From: Promethearchaeia archaeon
GTDB taxonomy: Archaea > Asgardarchaeota > Lokiarchaeia > Sigyniarchaeales > SOKP01
Length of the DNA stretch: 24,000 bases
Assembly (NCBI GenBank): GCA_046497275.1
Contig: JAWOFX010000088.1
Coordinates: 96,384-120,383, forward strand
Direction: 5' to 3'
How positions within the stretch are numbered: position 1 is the stretch's first letter; the number at the start of each line of letters is the position of its first letter. The translations under genes were made by a program, and so were the position numbers. Below are positions 1 to 8,682 of this stretch, in pieces. Below the pieces are notes generated by a model. The model had not been told where the DNA came from, made no database searches, and saw nothing but the letters and a program-made list of their open reading frames with translations.

Positions 1-216
1 TGGTTGGATATGACTTTCCAAAAATAAAGCAAATATATATTCAACAAACGGTCCAAGCCAAAATAGCCCGATAAAGATCATCATAGCTCCCGCATAATAT
101 AATAATTTCGCTCCCATTTTTCGGGCATTGATAAATGATAATAAACCGAAAATAACGGAAGTTAAAATGATAATCGATGCTGTTATCCCGTCTAAATGAC
201 CAATTAAATTTACCAT
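1..216 (-). CDS. Partial (N-terminal part only) membrane protein of unknown function
   Basis: The reverse strand starts with ATG (216-214) and reads MVNLIGHLDGITASIIILTSVIFGLLSFINARKMGAKLLYYAGAMMIFIGLFWLGPFVEYIFALFLESHIQP with no stop before the window edge. It contains 2-3 hydrophobic helices. It is absent from the ORF track because the window truncates it. Confidence 0.45.
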   Translation of the reverse strand, partial: MVNLIGHLDGITASIIILTSVIFGLLSFINARKMGAKLLYYAGAMMIFIGLFWLGPFVEYIFALFLESHIQP

Positions 217-256
217 ATTTGATTCACTTAAAATTTAGTTAATTTTTATTTTATTT

Positions 257-266
257 CCTAATTAGG
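257..266. promoter_or_regulatory. Perfect 10-bp palindrome CCTAATTAGG in a divergent intergenic region
   Basis: Read directly from the sequence. It lies ~40 nt upstream of the minus-strand ATG at 216. It shares the heptamer TTCCTAA(T) with the hairpin at 365-381. Confidence 0.25.
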
Positions 267-364
267 GAATTTAATATTGCAATTATTGTTGACAATATAT
301 ATAATAATTTGTGTGATATTCAAATATATAAAATTAAGGAAAAAAGAAAATTTAAGGCATATTT

Positions 365-388
365 GGAGATTCCTAATCTCCTTTTTTT
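365..388 (+). promoter_or_regulatory. Terminator-like hairpin GGAGATT-CCT-AATCTCC followed by T7, in the leader upstream of the acylase gene
   Basis: Perfect 7-bp stem (365-371 / 375-381), 3-nt loop, then TTTTTTT (382-388). No plus-strand gene lies upstream in the window. It sits ~100 nt before the ATG at 485. Confidence 0.35.
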
Positions 389-389
389 A

Positions 390-404
390 AATCTAATTTA
401 GATT
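390..404. promoter_or_regulatory. Perfect palindrome AATCTAA-T-TTAGATT directly after the hairpin and T-tract
   Basis: Read directly from the sequence. Its half-site AGATT/AATCT is the same as in the 365-381 inverted repeat, so this could be a tandem operator pair. Confidence 0.3.
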
Positions 405-484
405 CATAATCTTTATTTTTAAATAGTTTGAGATCATAACTATTATTTAATCAAATAATTTAAACCAAAAAAAGCAAAATCACT

Positions 485-3061
485 ATGAGAAACGATTCTC
501 AGAATATTAAAAAAAATACAATAGCGTTTTCTAGTGCGCTAATAGTTACAATTTTATGCTTGGTAATTTTTTCGATGCCCTTACTTGGATTCTCTTTAGG
601 AAATCTTTTATTTCCTGGGAATGGTCTTTGGACTGTGCCTGGAGAACCAGAGAGTCAACTTATCTATATAGATGGTATGGATGATGAAGTTACGATTATT
701 CGAGACGAATGGGGTATCCCTCATATTTATGCTACAACTGATAATGATTTATTTTTTGCCCAGGGATATCTCCATGCTCAAGACAGATATTTCCAGATGG
801 ATTTGATTCGTCGCCAAGTGCGCGGTCAATTATCAGAAATATTAGGAGAGGGTGCCCTAAATCAAGATAAGCTAATGCTTGCGATGGGAATGGAATATTG
901 GGCAATAAAAACCGACCAAGAAATTAGAGCTAATTATTCTGAATTTTTACCTCCTTTTGAAAATTATGTTGAAGGTATTAATTATTATTTAGAAACTCAT
1001 AAAGATCAAAAACCGGTAGAATACCAGTTACTTGGGTTTGAGCCTAAACCCTGGACAAGCATCGATACTTTATGTCTCGTGCAAGAAATGGCACGTCAAT
1101 TATCTTGGAATTATAATGACCTTTATCGGTACTCAAATTGGGCAGGATTAGGAAGAGATAAGTATCTTGAATTATTTAATCCTTTTCAACCTTATCAAAT
1201 TCCAATTGTCCCTAATTATTCCAGTTATGAAACAACTCCTAAATTCTCTTCAAGTGGTTCACTAGCGCCCTCATCATTAAAATTGTCCGTAGATCATCTG
1301 ATTAGTGGAATAGAAAGTATTGATTCTGAAAAGAAATTGATAGAGTCGCGAGAAATTACAGGTTCGAATAATTGGGTAATAGACGGCTCTAAATCAAATA
1401 CAGGTAAACCCATTTTATGCAATGATATGCATCTTTCTTGGATTCTACCTGGAGTGTGGACAGAACAACATTTAGTTTCTGAAGAGACAGGTATTAATTC
1501 ATACGGATTTGCTATTCCTGGAATGCCATTAGTAGCAGTAGGTCATAATGAACATTTGGCATGGGGATTTACAAATACGGGATATGATGTTATGGATTGG
1601 TATTATTATAACGAGAAGAATAGTACGCACTATCTCTATGAAGGAGAATATGAGTCTTTTGAAACCAGAGATTATACCATAAAAGTTGCTGGTGAGGAAG
1701 ATGTTCAATTTACCGTAAGAGAAACAAAAGAAGGACCTGTCTTGACTGATTTTTTGGGTAGTAGAATCCCTTCTAATTTAACCCAACCAAATATAATTTT
1801 TGCGGCACAATGGATGGGGAATGACATTTTCTATAATCTTTTAGCAGGGGAAGGTTTTAATCGTGCAAAAAATAGAGATGAGTTTAATGAAGCCTCCAAA
1901 TACTGGAGCACTTTAGCTCAAAATATTGTATATGCTGATGTAGATGGAAATATTGCGATACGTCCAACAGGCAGAGTTCCAATTAGAGATGATTCAAAGA
2001 TTCCCTCATGGCATTTAGGAAATGGAACACTTCCTTATAATGGTTCTAATGGAGAAGGAAAATGGGTTGATGAAATACCCTTTGATCAATTACCTAATAG
2101 CTTAAATCCGACGCAAGGATATTTGGCTTCGGCAAATCAAATCGCAGTTGGTCCAGAATATAATTTTAGTAAGTATTTCCTACAAAACGAATATGCAAAT
2201 GGATATAGAGCTCGGAGAATAAATGAGTTGCTAAATACAACTAATAATATCTCAGTAGAGAAAATGATGGAAATTCAATTGGATGTGAATTCCTCAGCAG
2301 CAAAAGCATTTATACCCACTTTAATTGAGGTGATTGAATACACTTATGGGGATACTATTCCGGAGGATCTTGATCAAGCTTTTACTATTTTAAAAGACTG
2401 GAGATATATAATGGATAAAGACGAAGCTGCTCCAACGATCTATCGAAAATGGCGGGATTATTTTTATGCTTACACGTTCAATGATGATATTAGTCATAAC
2501 AACTTAAGTCGTGGACCTATGCTTGTTATGTTAGAATATTTAATGAATAACAAAACATCCCATTGGTTTAATGATACCTCTACTGGTACCCCAATATCAC
2601 AAACTCGAAATCAAACGATGTTATTAGCTTTTAATGATACAATCGATTGGCTGGAAAATTTTTATGGCACTTCAGATGCATCACAATGGAAATGGGGAGA
2701 TATCCATAAATTATATTTTGAACATCTCTCTGGTCTATCCTTACTCAGTAAAGGACCATTTCCTGGTGATGGAGAAGGCTACACAGTAAATCCTGCGGGA
2801 GTTAGTATTCATAATGGTGTCGGTTTAGCTAGAGGGGGAGCATCAGAACGCATGATTGTTGATTTCAGCGATTTAGGAAATTCTAAGAGCGTCATACCAT
2901 CGGGCCAATCAGGACATCCGCATCTTAAACATTATTCAGATCAACTTACAGAGTTATTCTTAAAAGGAAAATATCATTCTCAATATTTCTATTACACACC
3001 AGCAAATTTTCCATCTATTGAAACAAGATTAATCTTTAGACCGGCGGGAGGTGTGTTCTAA
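485..3061 (+). CDS. Penicillin/cephalosporin/acyl-homoserine-lactone acylase family protein (Ntn hydrolase, peptidase S45), membrane-anchored precursor
   Basis: 858 aa. N-terminal TM/signal anchor (AFSSALIVTILCLVIFSMPLLGF). WGIPHIYA...DLFFAQGYLHAQDRYFQMD is the alpha-subunit signature. TG|SNNWVIDGSKSNTGKPILCNDMHL is the autoprocessing site with nucleophile Ser294 (nt 1364-1366). The C-terminal PSGQSGHP motif is typical of the family. Confidence 0.9.
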   Translation: MRNDSQNIKKNTIAFSSALIVTILCLVIFSMPLLGFSLGNLLFPGNGLWTVPGEPESQLIYIDGMDDEVTIIRDEWGIPHIYATTDNDLFFAQGYLHAQDRYFQMDLIRRQVRGQLSEILGEGALNQDKLMLAMGMEYWAIKTDQEIRANYSEFLPPFENYVEGINYYLETHKDQKPVEYQLLGFEPKPWTSIDTLCLVQEMARQLSWNYNDLYRYSNWAGLGRDKYLELFNPFQPYQIPIVPNYSSYETTPKFSSSGSLAPSSLKLSVDHLISGIESIDSEKKLIESREITGSNNWVIDGSKSNTGKPILCNDMHLSWILPGVWTEQHLVSEETGINSYGFAIPGMPLVAVGHNEHLAWGFTNTGYDVMDWYYYNEKNSTHYLYEGEYESFETRDYTIKVAGEEDVQFTVRETKEGPVLTDFLGSRIPSNLTQPNIIFAAQWMGNDIFYNLLAGEGFNRAKNRDEFNEASKYWSTLAQNIVYADVDGNIAIRPTGRVPIRDDSKIPSWHLGNGTLPYNGSNGEGKWVDEIPFDQLPNSLNPTQGYLASANQIAVGPEYNFSKYFLQNEYANGYRARRINELLNTTNNISVEKMMEIQLDVNSSAAKAFIPTLIEVIEYTYGDTIPEDLDQAFTILKDWRYIMDKDEAAPTIYRKWRDYFYAYTFNDDISHNNLSRGPMLVMLEYLMNNKTSHWFNDTSTGTPISQTRNQTMLLAFNDTIDWLENFYGTSDASQWKWGDIHKLYFEHLSGLSLLSKGPFPGDGEGYTVNPAGVSIHNGVGLARGGASERMIVDFSDLGNSKSVIPSGQSGHPHLKHYSDQLTELFLKGKYHSQYFYYTPANFPSIETRLIFRPAGGVF

Positions 3062-3062
3062 T

Positions 3063-3461
3063 ATGGACCAAGATAAAAGAAATTTAATAATTGGCACTTT
3101 GGTGACTCTGGGTCTTTCATCTCTTTTATCTCTGATTCCCGTATGGCAACTAATTTTTCTTGCAGGTCTAGTGGGAGGTTTTATAAATAGAAAAATACTT
3201 TATGGTGCTTTAAGTGGTGCTATTGGAGGAGGGATCTTTTGGATTCTTTATATTATAGATGGTGTATTTTATAAAGGACTCTACAATCTTTTCGATATAT
3301 TTGGTGCTTTGATCATTGGTTCTGGAATGGGATGGATTATTTTACTATTAATTATTTTACTAGGATTTATGTTTGGATTTTTAGGAGGCTCACTCGGAAG
3401 CAGCGGAGGAAATTTGTTTTTATATTATTATAATAAACAATCATCCTCAGAAAGAAAATAA
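3063..3461 (+). CDS. Small glycine-rich polytopic membrane protein, unknown function
   Basis: The ATG at 3063 is 1 nt after the acylase stop and is preceded by GGAGGTG (3047-3053, 9-nt spacer). I prefer it to the GTG at 3051 in the ORF track. About 4 hydrophobic helices rich in G/I/L, then a polar tail. Confidence 0.6.
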   Translation: MDQDKRNLIIGTLVTLGLSSLLSLIPVWQLIFLAGLVGGFINRKILYGALSGAIGGGIFWILYIIDGVFYKGLYNLFDIFGALIIGSGMGWIILLLIILLGFMFGFLGGSLGSSGGNLFLYYYNKQSSSERK

Positions 3462-3497
3462 GAGGCTTTTTGTTCTCTAAAGAAAATTTAAAATTCA

Positions 3498-3520
3498 TTT
3501 TTTTCTTTTTTTAATTTTTT
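3498..3520 (+). terminator. Oligo-T tract (T7-C-T7-AA-T6) in a convergent intergenic region
   Basis: It lies 37 nt downstream of the stop at 3461. Archaeal termination typically occurs at oligo-T runs. The region sits between convergent genes. Confidence 0.45.
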
Positions 3521-3554
3521 GGTATAATCTGACTAAATAAAAGACTTAGAACAT

Positions 3555-5720
3555 TTATTTTAGTTTATTATTTTCATAGATCTCATAAAACCAATCCACA
3601 ATATATTGATAGAAAAATCTTTCTCGGAGAACGTCATAATGCGATTTTTCTCTAAGACTTGTAAGCTTTGCAATATCCTCTGATTTGATTTTCGATTGTT
3701 TAATTAAATTCATACGTGCTTTAAATTGATCGACCATATCTATCGGCCTTAGTATAATTGAAATCGCTTCTGAAATTGTATCAATTATATCATTTAAGTT
3801 ATCAATACCTAGTGATTTTTCTCGATTCGATTTTAATAAATAAGATTGAATTTTTTCTATGAGAGGATCTTTTCTTTCATAGTTAATTAACTCTCTGTTT
3901 TTAATTAGATTGTCTAAAAACTTTATAATATCATTAATCACGACTATATCGATATTTAAATTCTCTAATTGTGTTTTCAACTTTATTAGAAATTGTCTCT
4001 TTAGAAATTGTTTATATTTAATTATAATTGCCTCATTCTCTCTGATATCTGAGCAAACCTCAACTAATTCGCCTTTCGGTGTCGCATAAGTGAATCCATG
4101 ACCTTGCGGCCCTAAACCACCTAATAATACCATTGATAAGCTATGAAATTTATAAGAATCTGTTGATAATATCTCTTGTTCGTTATCAAGAATATTCTTA
4201 GGGGAAACTAAATGCTTCTTAACTTCTCTCTCTTCTCGTTCTTGCAAAGTTCCATAATAATTTATACGATATCTATACAAAATATTAAATTCTAAAAAAC
4301 CATCTTCCTTTAGCTCTTCTCTTCGGCTATTTTTATAATGTTTTTTAAATTCTTTGAGAAAATGTAGGGTTGACCCTAAATTCTTAACACTCAATCCATA
4401 GATAGAGTATGCATTAAAGAAAGAATTTTTAATATAATAGATAAGTTGATCAATATTACTATAAAATGAATAAGCATTAGGATAATTTACAAAATATTCA
4501 TAAAGATTCCTTGGAAGAACTTTATATACAAAATAAATTAGAAAATCATTTACAGGACCAAAAAGATCTTTTAAATTGGCTAAAAATAGTTTATCTTTCT
4601 TTATTTTTTTTATTTTTTTTAACTTTTGCTCATTAAGTTCTCTAGTTAATAAATTATATTTATTACAAAATCTTATGGTATCTATCACTTTTCCTAGACT
4701 GGACGTTTGATATCCGACGGTCACATCTTGAATACAATTGATTATAAGTTGTGAAATAATTTTAAATCGATTTGGAATCTTTTCTACTTCAATAAATATA
4801 TCAAATTTATCCGAATTTTTAATTAGTTGCTTAAACTTATCAAAATGACCCGCTTCTAGATCTTTTGCTAATCCTTTGTAAAAATTTTCCTCAATTTTCT
4901 TTTTATTTTCTGCTTTTAAAAGAATCCGAGATAAATTAATCTCTCCCTCATCTTCAATTATATGATCTATTGTATATTTTATTTTCTGAAATTCTCCAGA
5001 TTTTAGAGATTCTATTATTGTTTCAATAATTAATTCTTGAATATCGTTAGTATTTTTTTTTAATTTGTGATGAGAAATTTCATTTTTCTCTATAAATTTA
5101 TAGAAGAAAATTAAGTATTTTAAATTTCCAATTCCTAAAAAATAATCAAATGAATCTCTGAATAATTTAGTCATAAAGGTTAAAATTCTTTCCTTATTAC
5201 TTCCCTTTTCAAATGATTTGTCTTCCTTATATTTCTCAATCCAATCTCTTAAATAAATTATAAAAAGAGGTAAATTATCTGTATTATAAAAAATCTGAAC
5301 ATTTTTCTGACATCTTCTACAGAAATAAATCATTCTATTTTCATTGAATGCATAAGAACCCTCAGATATATCCTCTGAATGACATTCAGTACATAATTTT
5401 TCAAATAATAATTTTTCGATTAATTCTTCTAAAAATTCAATTTTAAGATTCTTGATAACTTCAAAATCAATAATCTCATTCTCTATTAAAACCCAGAGAT
5501 AAGATCCAAACTCTAAAAAAATAGGTTTGAAGAAACGAATTTTATCAGAATTATCTAACTTTTTATATTCTTGAGTTATATTATAGATTTTCTCAGCGAG
5601 CTTTATTTCTTTAGTGGCGACTTTCTTTCTAATATCATTTAAATCCAGTTTGCCTTTTTTAATAATATTAAATATATCGTTTTTTAAATTGCCATAAAAT
5701 TGCTCAGAGAGAATATGCAT
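3555..5720 (-). CDS. Large K/E/I/N-rich, predicted alpha-helical protein with an internal CxxC-x22-CxxC zinc ribbon; no recognisable family
   Basis: 721-aa uninterrupted ORF starting with ATG. Zinc ribbon CTECHSEDISEGSYAFNENRMIYFCRRCQ (aa 110-137, nt 5310-5393). No P-loop or other catalytic motif seen. It lies 77 nt downstream of the Roadblock gene on the same strand. Confidence 0.7.
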   Translation of the reverse strand: MHILSEQFYGNLKNDIFNIIKKGKLDLNDIRKKVATKEIKLAEKIYNITQEYKKLDNSDKIRFFKPIFLEFGSYLWVLIENEIIDFEVIKNLKIEFLEELIEKLLFEKLCTECHSEDISEGSYAFNENRMIYFCRRCQKNVQIFYNTDNLPLFIIYLRDWIEKYKEDKSFEKGSNKERILTFMTKLFRDSFDYFLGIGNLKYLIFFYKFIEKNEISHHKLKKNTNDIQELIIETIIESLKSGEFQKIKYTIDHIIEDEGEINLSRILLKAENKKKIEENFYKGLAKDLEAGHFDKFKQLIKNSDKFDIFIEVEKIPNRFKIISQLIINCIQDVTVGYQTSSLGKVIDTIRFCNKYNLLTRELNEQKLKKIKKIKKDKLFLANLKDLFGPVNDFLIYFVYKVLPRNLYEYFVNYPNAYSFYSNIDQLIYYIKNSFFNAYSIYGLSVKNLGSTLHFLKEFKKHYKNSRREELKEDGFLEFNILYRYRINYYGTLQEREEREVKKHLVSPKNILDNEQEILSTDSYKFHSLSMVLLGGLGPQGHGFTYATPKGELVEVCSDIRENEAIIIKYKQFLKRQFLIKLKTQLENLNIDIVVINDIIKFLDNLIKNRELINYERKDPLIEKIQSYLLKSNREKSLGIDNLNDIIDTISEAISIILRPIDMVDQFKARMNLIKQSKIKSEDIAKLTSLREKSHYDVLRERFFYQYIVDWFYEIYENNKLK

Positions 5721-5797
5721 AGCTCTACATTTTTATTAGAACAAGATAAGATTAATAAAATTATTTATAAAATAGTATAAGTGGTTTCAATTTAATT

Positions 5798-6169
5798 TTA
5801 ATCTAATAACCCAGCAATCTTCTGTGAAACGCTCTGTATATTTAAGAAAACCATACCCAAACTCGATGCCTTCGACGCCAGAACACAGAGTATCGCATTT
5901 TCGCCCGCACGAGAAAGTATTATAATTCCATCCAATCCCTCAATAAGAATTCTCTTTAAATCTCCTCTCGCTAACTCTTGAACAGCTCTCTCCGATACGC
6001 TAAGAATAGCAGCAGACATAGCACTAACAATACCATCATTCACATCTCCCGAAAGCGCAGAACAAATAGGTAACCCTTGGACAGAAACAATCGCACTTCC
6101 TTGAATATCGGCATTGATTGCTTCCAAATTTCTCAGAATGTCTGTAAGCTCACTTATATTTTCTGACAT
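5798..6169 (-). CDS. Roadblock/LC7 (MglB-like) domain protein
   Basis: 123 aa. The pattern is typical of Roadblock/LC7: ...GSAIVSVQGLPICSA...SAMSAAILSVSERAVQEL..G.LKRILIEG.DGIIILSRAGENAILCVLA....LGMVFL. The size also fits a single Roadblock domain. Confidence 0.85.
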   Translation of the reverse strand: MSENISELTDILRNLEAINADIQGSAIVSVQGLPICSALSGDVNDGIVSAMSAAILSVSERAVQELARGDLKRILIEGLDGIIILSRAGENAILCVLASKASSLGMVFLNIQSVSQKIAGLLD

Positions 6170-6191
6170 AATGGGGAAATAAGTAATTAAT

Positions 6192-6237
6192 ATATTGATT
6201 CTAATAAAGTAAGTAAAACAATATTAATATTGATTCT
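6192..6237. repeat. 11-nt direct repeat ATATTGATTCT (6192-6202 and 6227-6237)
   Basis: Read directly from the sequence. It is in the divergent intergenic region, 23-68 nt upstream of the Roadblock start codon (6169, minus strand). Confidence 0.5.
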
Positions 6238-6527
6238 GACTAAATTCTTTTAAATTTTAATGTTTATGTATAGAATATTATTAATAATAAATCTATATTA
6301 ATTTTTTGCAAAAAACCATCAATGCATTTTTTAACGAATTTTAAATAATAATCCCCAAATTCTCTTTTTAAACAGATTGAAATACTTTTTTATAAAATGA
6401 TAAATCCGCAAAATTATGTATGCATGAGTAATTCAAACTTTTTTTAGAAAAACTGATGGATTTAAAAAATATTATTATCCATTTTTCATTACCTAACCTA
6501 ATGAATGAGACACGAAAAGAAAAAGAT

Positions 6528-7481
6528 ATGTCTGAAAAGAAAAATAATTCAGAGATTTCAGAGGAAAATGAAGAGGAGAAGCAATTAAAATTCGATTCTC
6601 TCAGAAAGGCTGGTGAAATAGCGCAAGAAGTAAAGAAATTCATCAAACCGAAGATTAAAATAGGTATGAAAGGATTAGATATAGTATCTGCAGCGGAAAA
6701 GAAGATAAGTGAATTGGGAGGTGCTTGCGCATTTCCAGTTAATTTATCTATCAATAATATCGCTGCTCATTATACTTCTCCATTTCGTGAAGATGGATTA
6801 ACTATAAAAGAAAATGATCTTGTGAAAATAGATTTGGGAGTGCATATTGAAGGATATATCGTTGATACAGCATTCACAGTAAATTTTAATCAAGATAAAT
6901 CTCTAGAAAATATAATTACTGCCACTGACACGGCATTGCAAGCAGCAAAAATGATGGTGAAGCCAGGTGTGAACACAAAAGATATAGGAAAGAAGATAGA
7001 AAATATTGTTAGGGGGTTTAATTACAATCCAATTAAAGAATTGGGCGGTCATCAAATAGAACGCTGGAGACTTCACGGAACAAAGGATCTCCCAGAATTA
7101 GGCTCTCAAGGTGGAGATGAAATAGAGGAAGGAGATGTGTTTGCTATTGAAATCTTTGCATCTACGGGAGCTGGATCGGTTCATAGTACAAATAGTTGCC
7201 ATATATATGCGATTAATCCCTATACAGGGCGGGTTCCTTTAAGAAGAAAGAGCTCTAAGCAAATACTGGGATTTATAAATAGAAATTATAAAACTCTTCC
7301 GTTTGCTGAACGCTGGCTTGGTCAAGAGTTTCAAATAGGGGTTGCTTTCGGAATACAAGAACTTGTCCAGAAAGATAAACTAAGACAACATAATGTGCTT
7401 TCTGAAGAGAAAGACGCCTACGTTGCACAATCAGAAGAAACAATATTGATAACCGAAGATGGCTATGAACAATTAACATAG
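6528..7481 (+). CDS. map: Type II methionine aminopeptidase (archaeal/eukaryotic MetAP2 class)
   Basis: LRKAGEIAQEV...GGACAFPVNLSINNIAAHYTSP...LVKIDLGVHIEGYIVDTAFTV...GHQIERWRLHG...EGDVFAIEIFASTGAG...LPFAERWL...AQSEETILIT is collinear with archaeal MetAP as I remember it (e.g. the Pyrococcus enzyme). I chose the start at ATG 6528 (MSEKKNN...). The ORF is also open from ATG 6456, so the start is uncertain. Confidence 0.9.
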   Translation: MSEKKNNSEISEENEEEKQLKFDSLRKAGEIAQEVKKFIKPKIKIGMKGLDIVSAAEKKISELGGACAFPVNLSINNIAAHYTSPFREDGLTIKENDLVKIDLGVHIEGYIVDTAFTVNFNQDKSLENIITATDTALQAAKMMVKPGVNTKDIGKKIENIVRGFNYNPIKELGGHQIERWRLHGTKDLPELGSQGGDEIEEGDVFAIEIFASTGAGSVHSTNSCHIYAINPYTGRVPLRRKSSKQILGFINRNYKTLPFAERWLGQEFQIGVAFGIQELVQKDKLRQHNVLSEEKDAYVAQSEETILITEDGYEQLT

Positions 7482-7535
7482 AATCATAATTTATATTTTT
7501 GAACATCAAATTTAAAATAACTTCCTCTTCAAAAA

Positions 7536-8645
7536 ATGCGAAAATTAAGTATCTGCTTGGTTTCATTTAAAATTCCGCCCGATTCTCAAGACGGCACAGC
7601 AAAAACATTTAAAGGAATTTATAAATATCTCAAAAACCAAGGGCATAACGTGAAATTAATAACAGGAAAATGGAAATATGATTTAAAAGATCCAGACATA
7701 ATACAAATTGATATAATTAATAAAAGATTTGTTTGGATCATCCCTTTTGCTCTCGGTGTTATAAAATATCTAAAATCCCATGATTTTGATATTATACATG
7801 GAAACAATCCTAAAGGAGTGCTACCTATTCTTTTAGCAAATAAAAAAAAATTCATCTCAATGATTCATGATTTAGGATATTTTACAAAAATTCCTTTTGA
7901 AAAATTTCTAATAAAGTATATAGCGAAGAATTCAACTTTTATCACAGTTCCTTCGACCCAAATAAAAAATAAATTGCTTAAGAATCTTAAAATCTTAAAT
8001 CCCAATAAAATATTTAATTTATATAATGCCATAGAAGACAAATTTAAACCTTATCCCGAAAAAGCAGACAAACTTAAAGAACAATTAGGAATAAAAGGTC
8101 CAGTTTTAATTTATATAGGCCGTATTTCGTTTTATAAAGGAGTACATGATATTATTAAATCATATTATTTAGCTAAAGAAAAATTGAGAAATTTAAATCT
8201 CGTTATTGGAGGATTGCCTGATTTTAGGACACAAAAAAAATATGATTATTGGAAGAATAAATATAATGATATAAAATTTGTTGGATTTATTCCCCCTGCT
8301 CAAATTCCTATATATTATTCAATGGGTGATATTTTCATAACTTATTCATATGCGTTTGAGGGGTTTGGATTGACCCCAATAGAAGCAATTGCTTGCGGAA
8401 CACCAGTTATTTGTTCTTCCCTCCCAGTTTTTAAGGAAGTTTTGGGAGATAATGCAGTATTCTTACCACCCAGAAGTCCAAAATTATTAGCAAAAGCCAT
8501 TATTGCACTATTAGAGGATGATGAAAGAAGAAAGAAAATAATAGAAAACGCGCAAGAATTTATAAAACGTTATTCTTGGAATGCAGTAGGGAAAAAGCTT
8601 GAAAAAGTCTATATGCATTTCTTAAATTTAAAAACACATAATTAA
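7536..8645 (+). CDS. GT-B glycosyltransferase, CAZy GT4-like (Glycos_transf_1 type)
   Basis: 369 aa. The C-terminal half carries the retaining GT4 signature: IGRISFYKG...GDIFITYSYAFEGFGLTPIEAIACGTPVICSS (E-x7-E). Confidence 0.85.
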   Translation: MRKLSICLVSFKIPPDSQDGTAKTFKGIYKYLKNQGHNVKLITGKWKYDLKDPDIIQIDIINKRFVWIIPFALGVIKYLKSHDFDIIHGNNPKGVLPILLANKKKFISMIHDLGYFTKIPFEKFLIKYIAKNSTFITVPSTQIKNKLLKNLKILNPNKIFNLYNAIEDKFKPYPEKADKLKEQLGIKGPVLIYIGRISFYKGVHDIIKSYYLAKEKLRNLNLVIGGLPDFRTQKKYDYWKNKYNDIKFVGFIPPAQIPIYYSMGDIFITYSYAFEGFGLTPIEAIACGTPVICSSLPVFKEVLGDNAVFLPPRSPKLLAKAIIALLEDDERRKKIIENAQEFIKRYSWNAVGKKLEKVYMHFLNLKTHN

Positions 8646-8682
8646 TAGATTTATATCTTAATATTTAAGAAATTTATATTTT

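Noticed and set aside
289-305. Bacterial-looking TTGACA (289-294) and TATAAT (300-305)
   Set aside because: The spacer is only 5 nt instead of ~17, and the gene content is archaeal. The A/T block is more plausibly an archaeal TATA-like region.
485-3061. Horizontal transfer of the acylase inferred from its higher GC
   Set aside because: Core genes in the same window (MetAP, Roadblock, DUF362) show similar GC in my hand counts. GC alone therefore does not support foreign origin.
3051-3062. GTG start at 3051 for the small membrane protein (ORF-track start), overlapping the acylase stop
   Set aside because: The ATG at 3063 has a GGAGGTG motif at the appropriate spacing, and the hydrophobic part of the protein begins after it. 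The GTG lies inside that motif.
4590-4625. Long T/A homopolymer-rich stretch, considered as a possible repeat or slippery site
   Set aside because: It lies inside the 721-aa ORF and simply encodes the lysine-rich run KLKKIKKIKKDK on the minus strand. The frame is uninterrupted.
6368-6754. 128-aa minus-strand ORF overlapping the start of the MetAP gene
   Set aside because: It overlaps a confidently identified gene on the opposite strand. Its low-complexity F/S/I-rich translation is typical of an antisense shadow ORF in AT-rich DNA.
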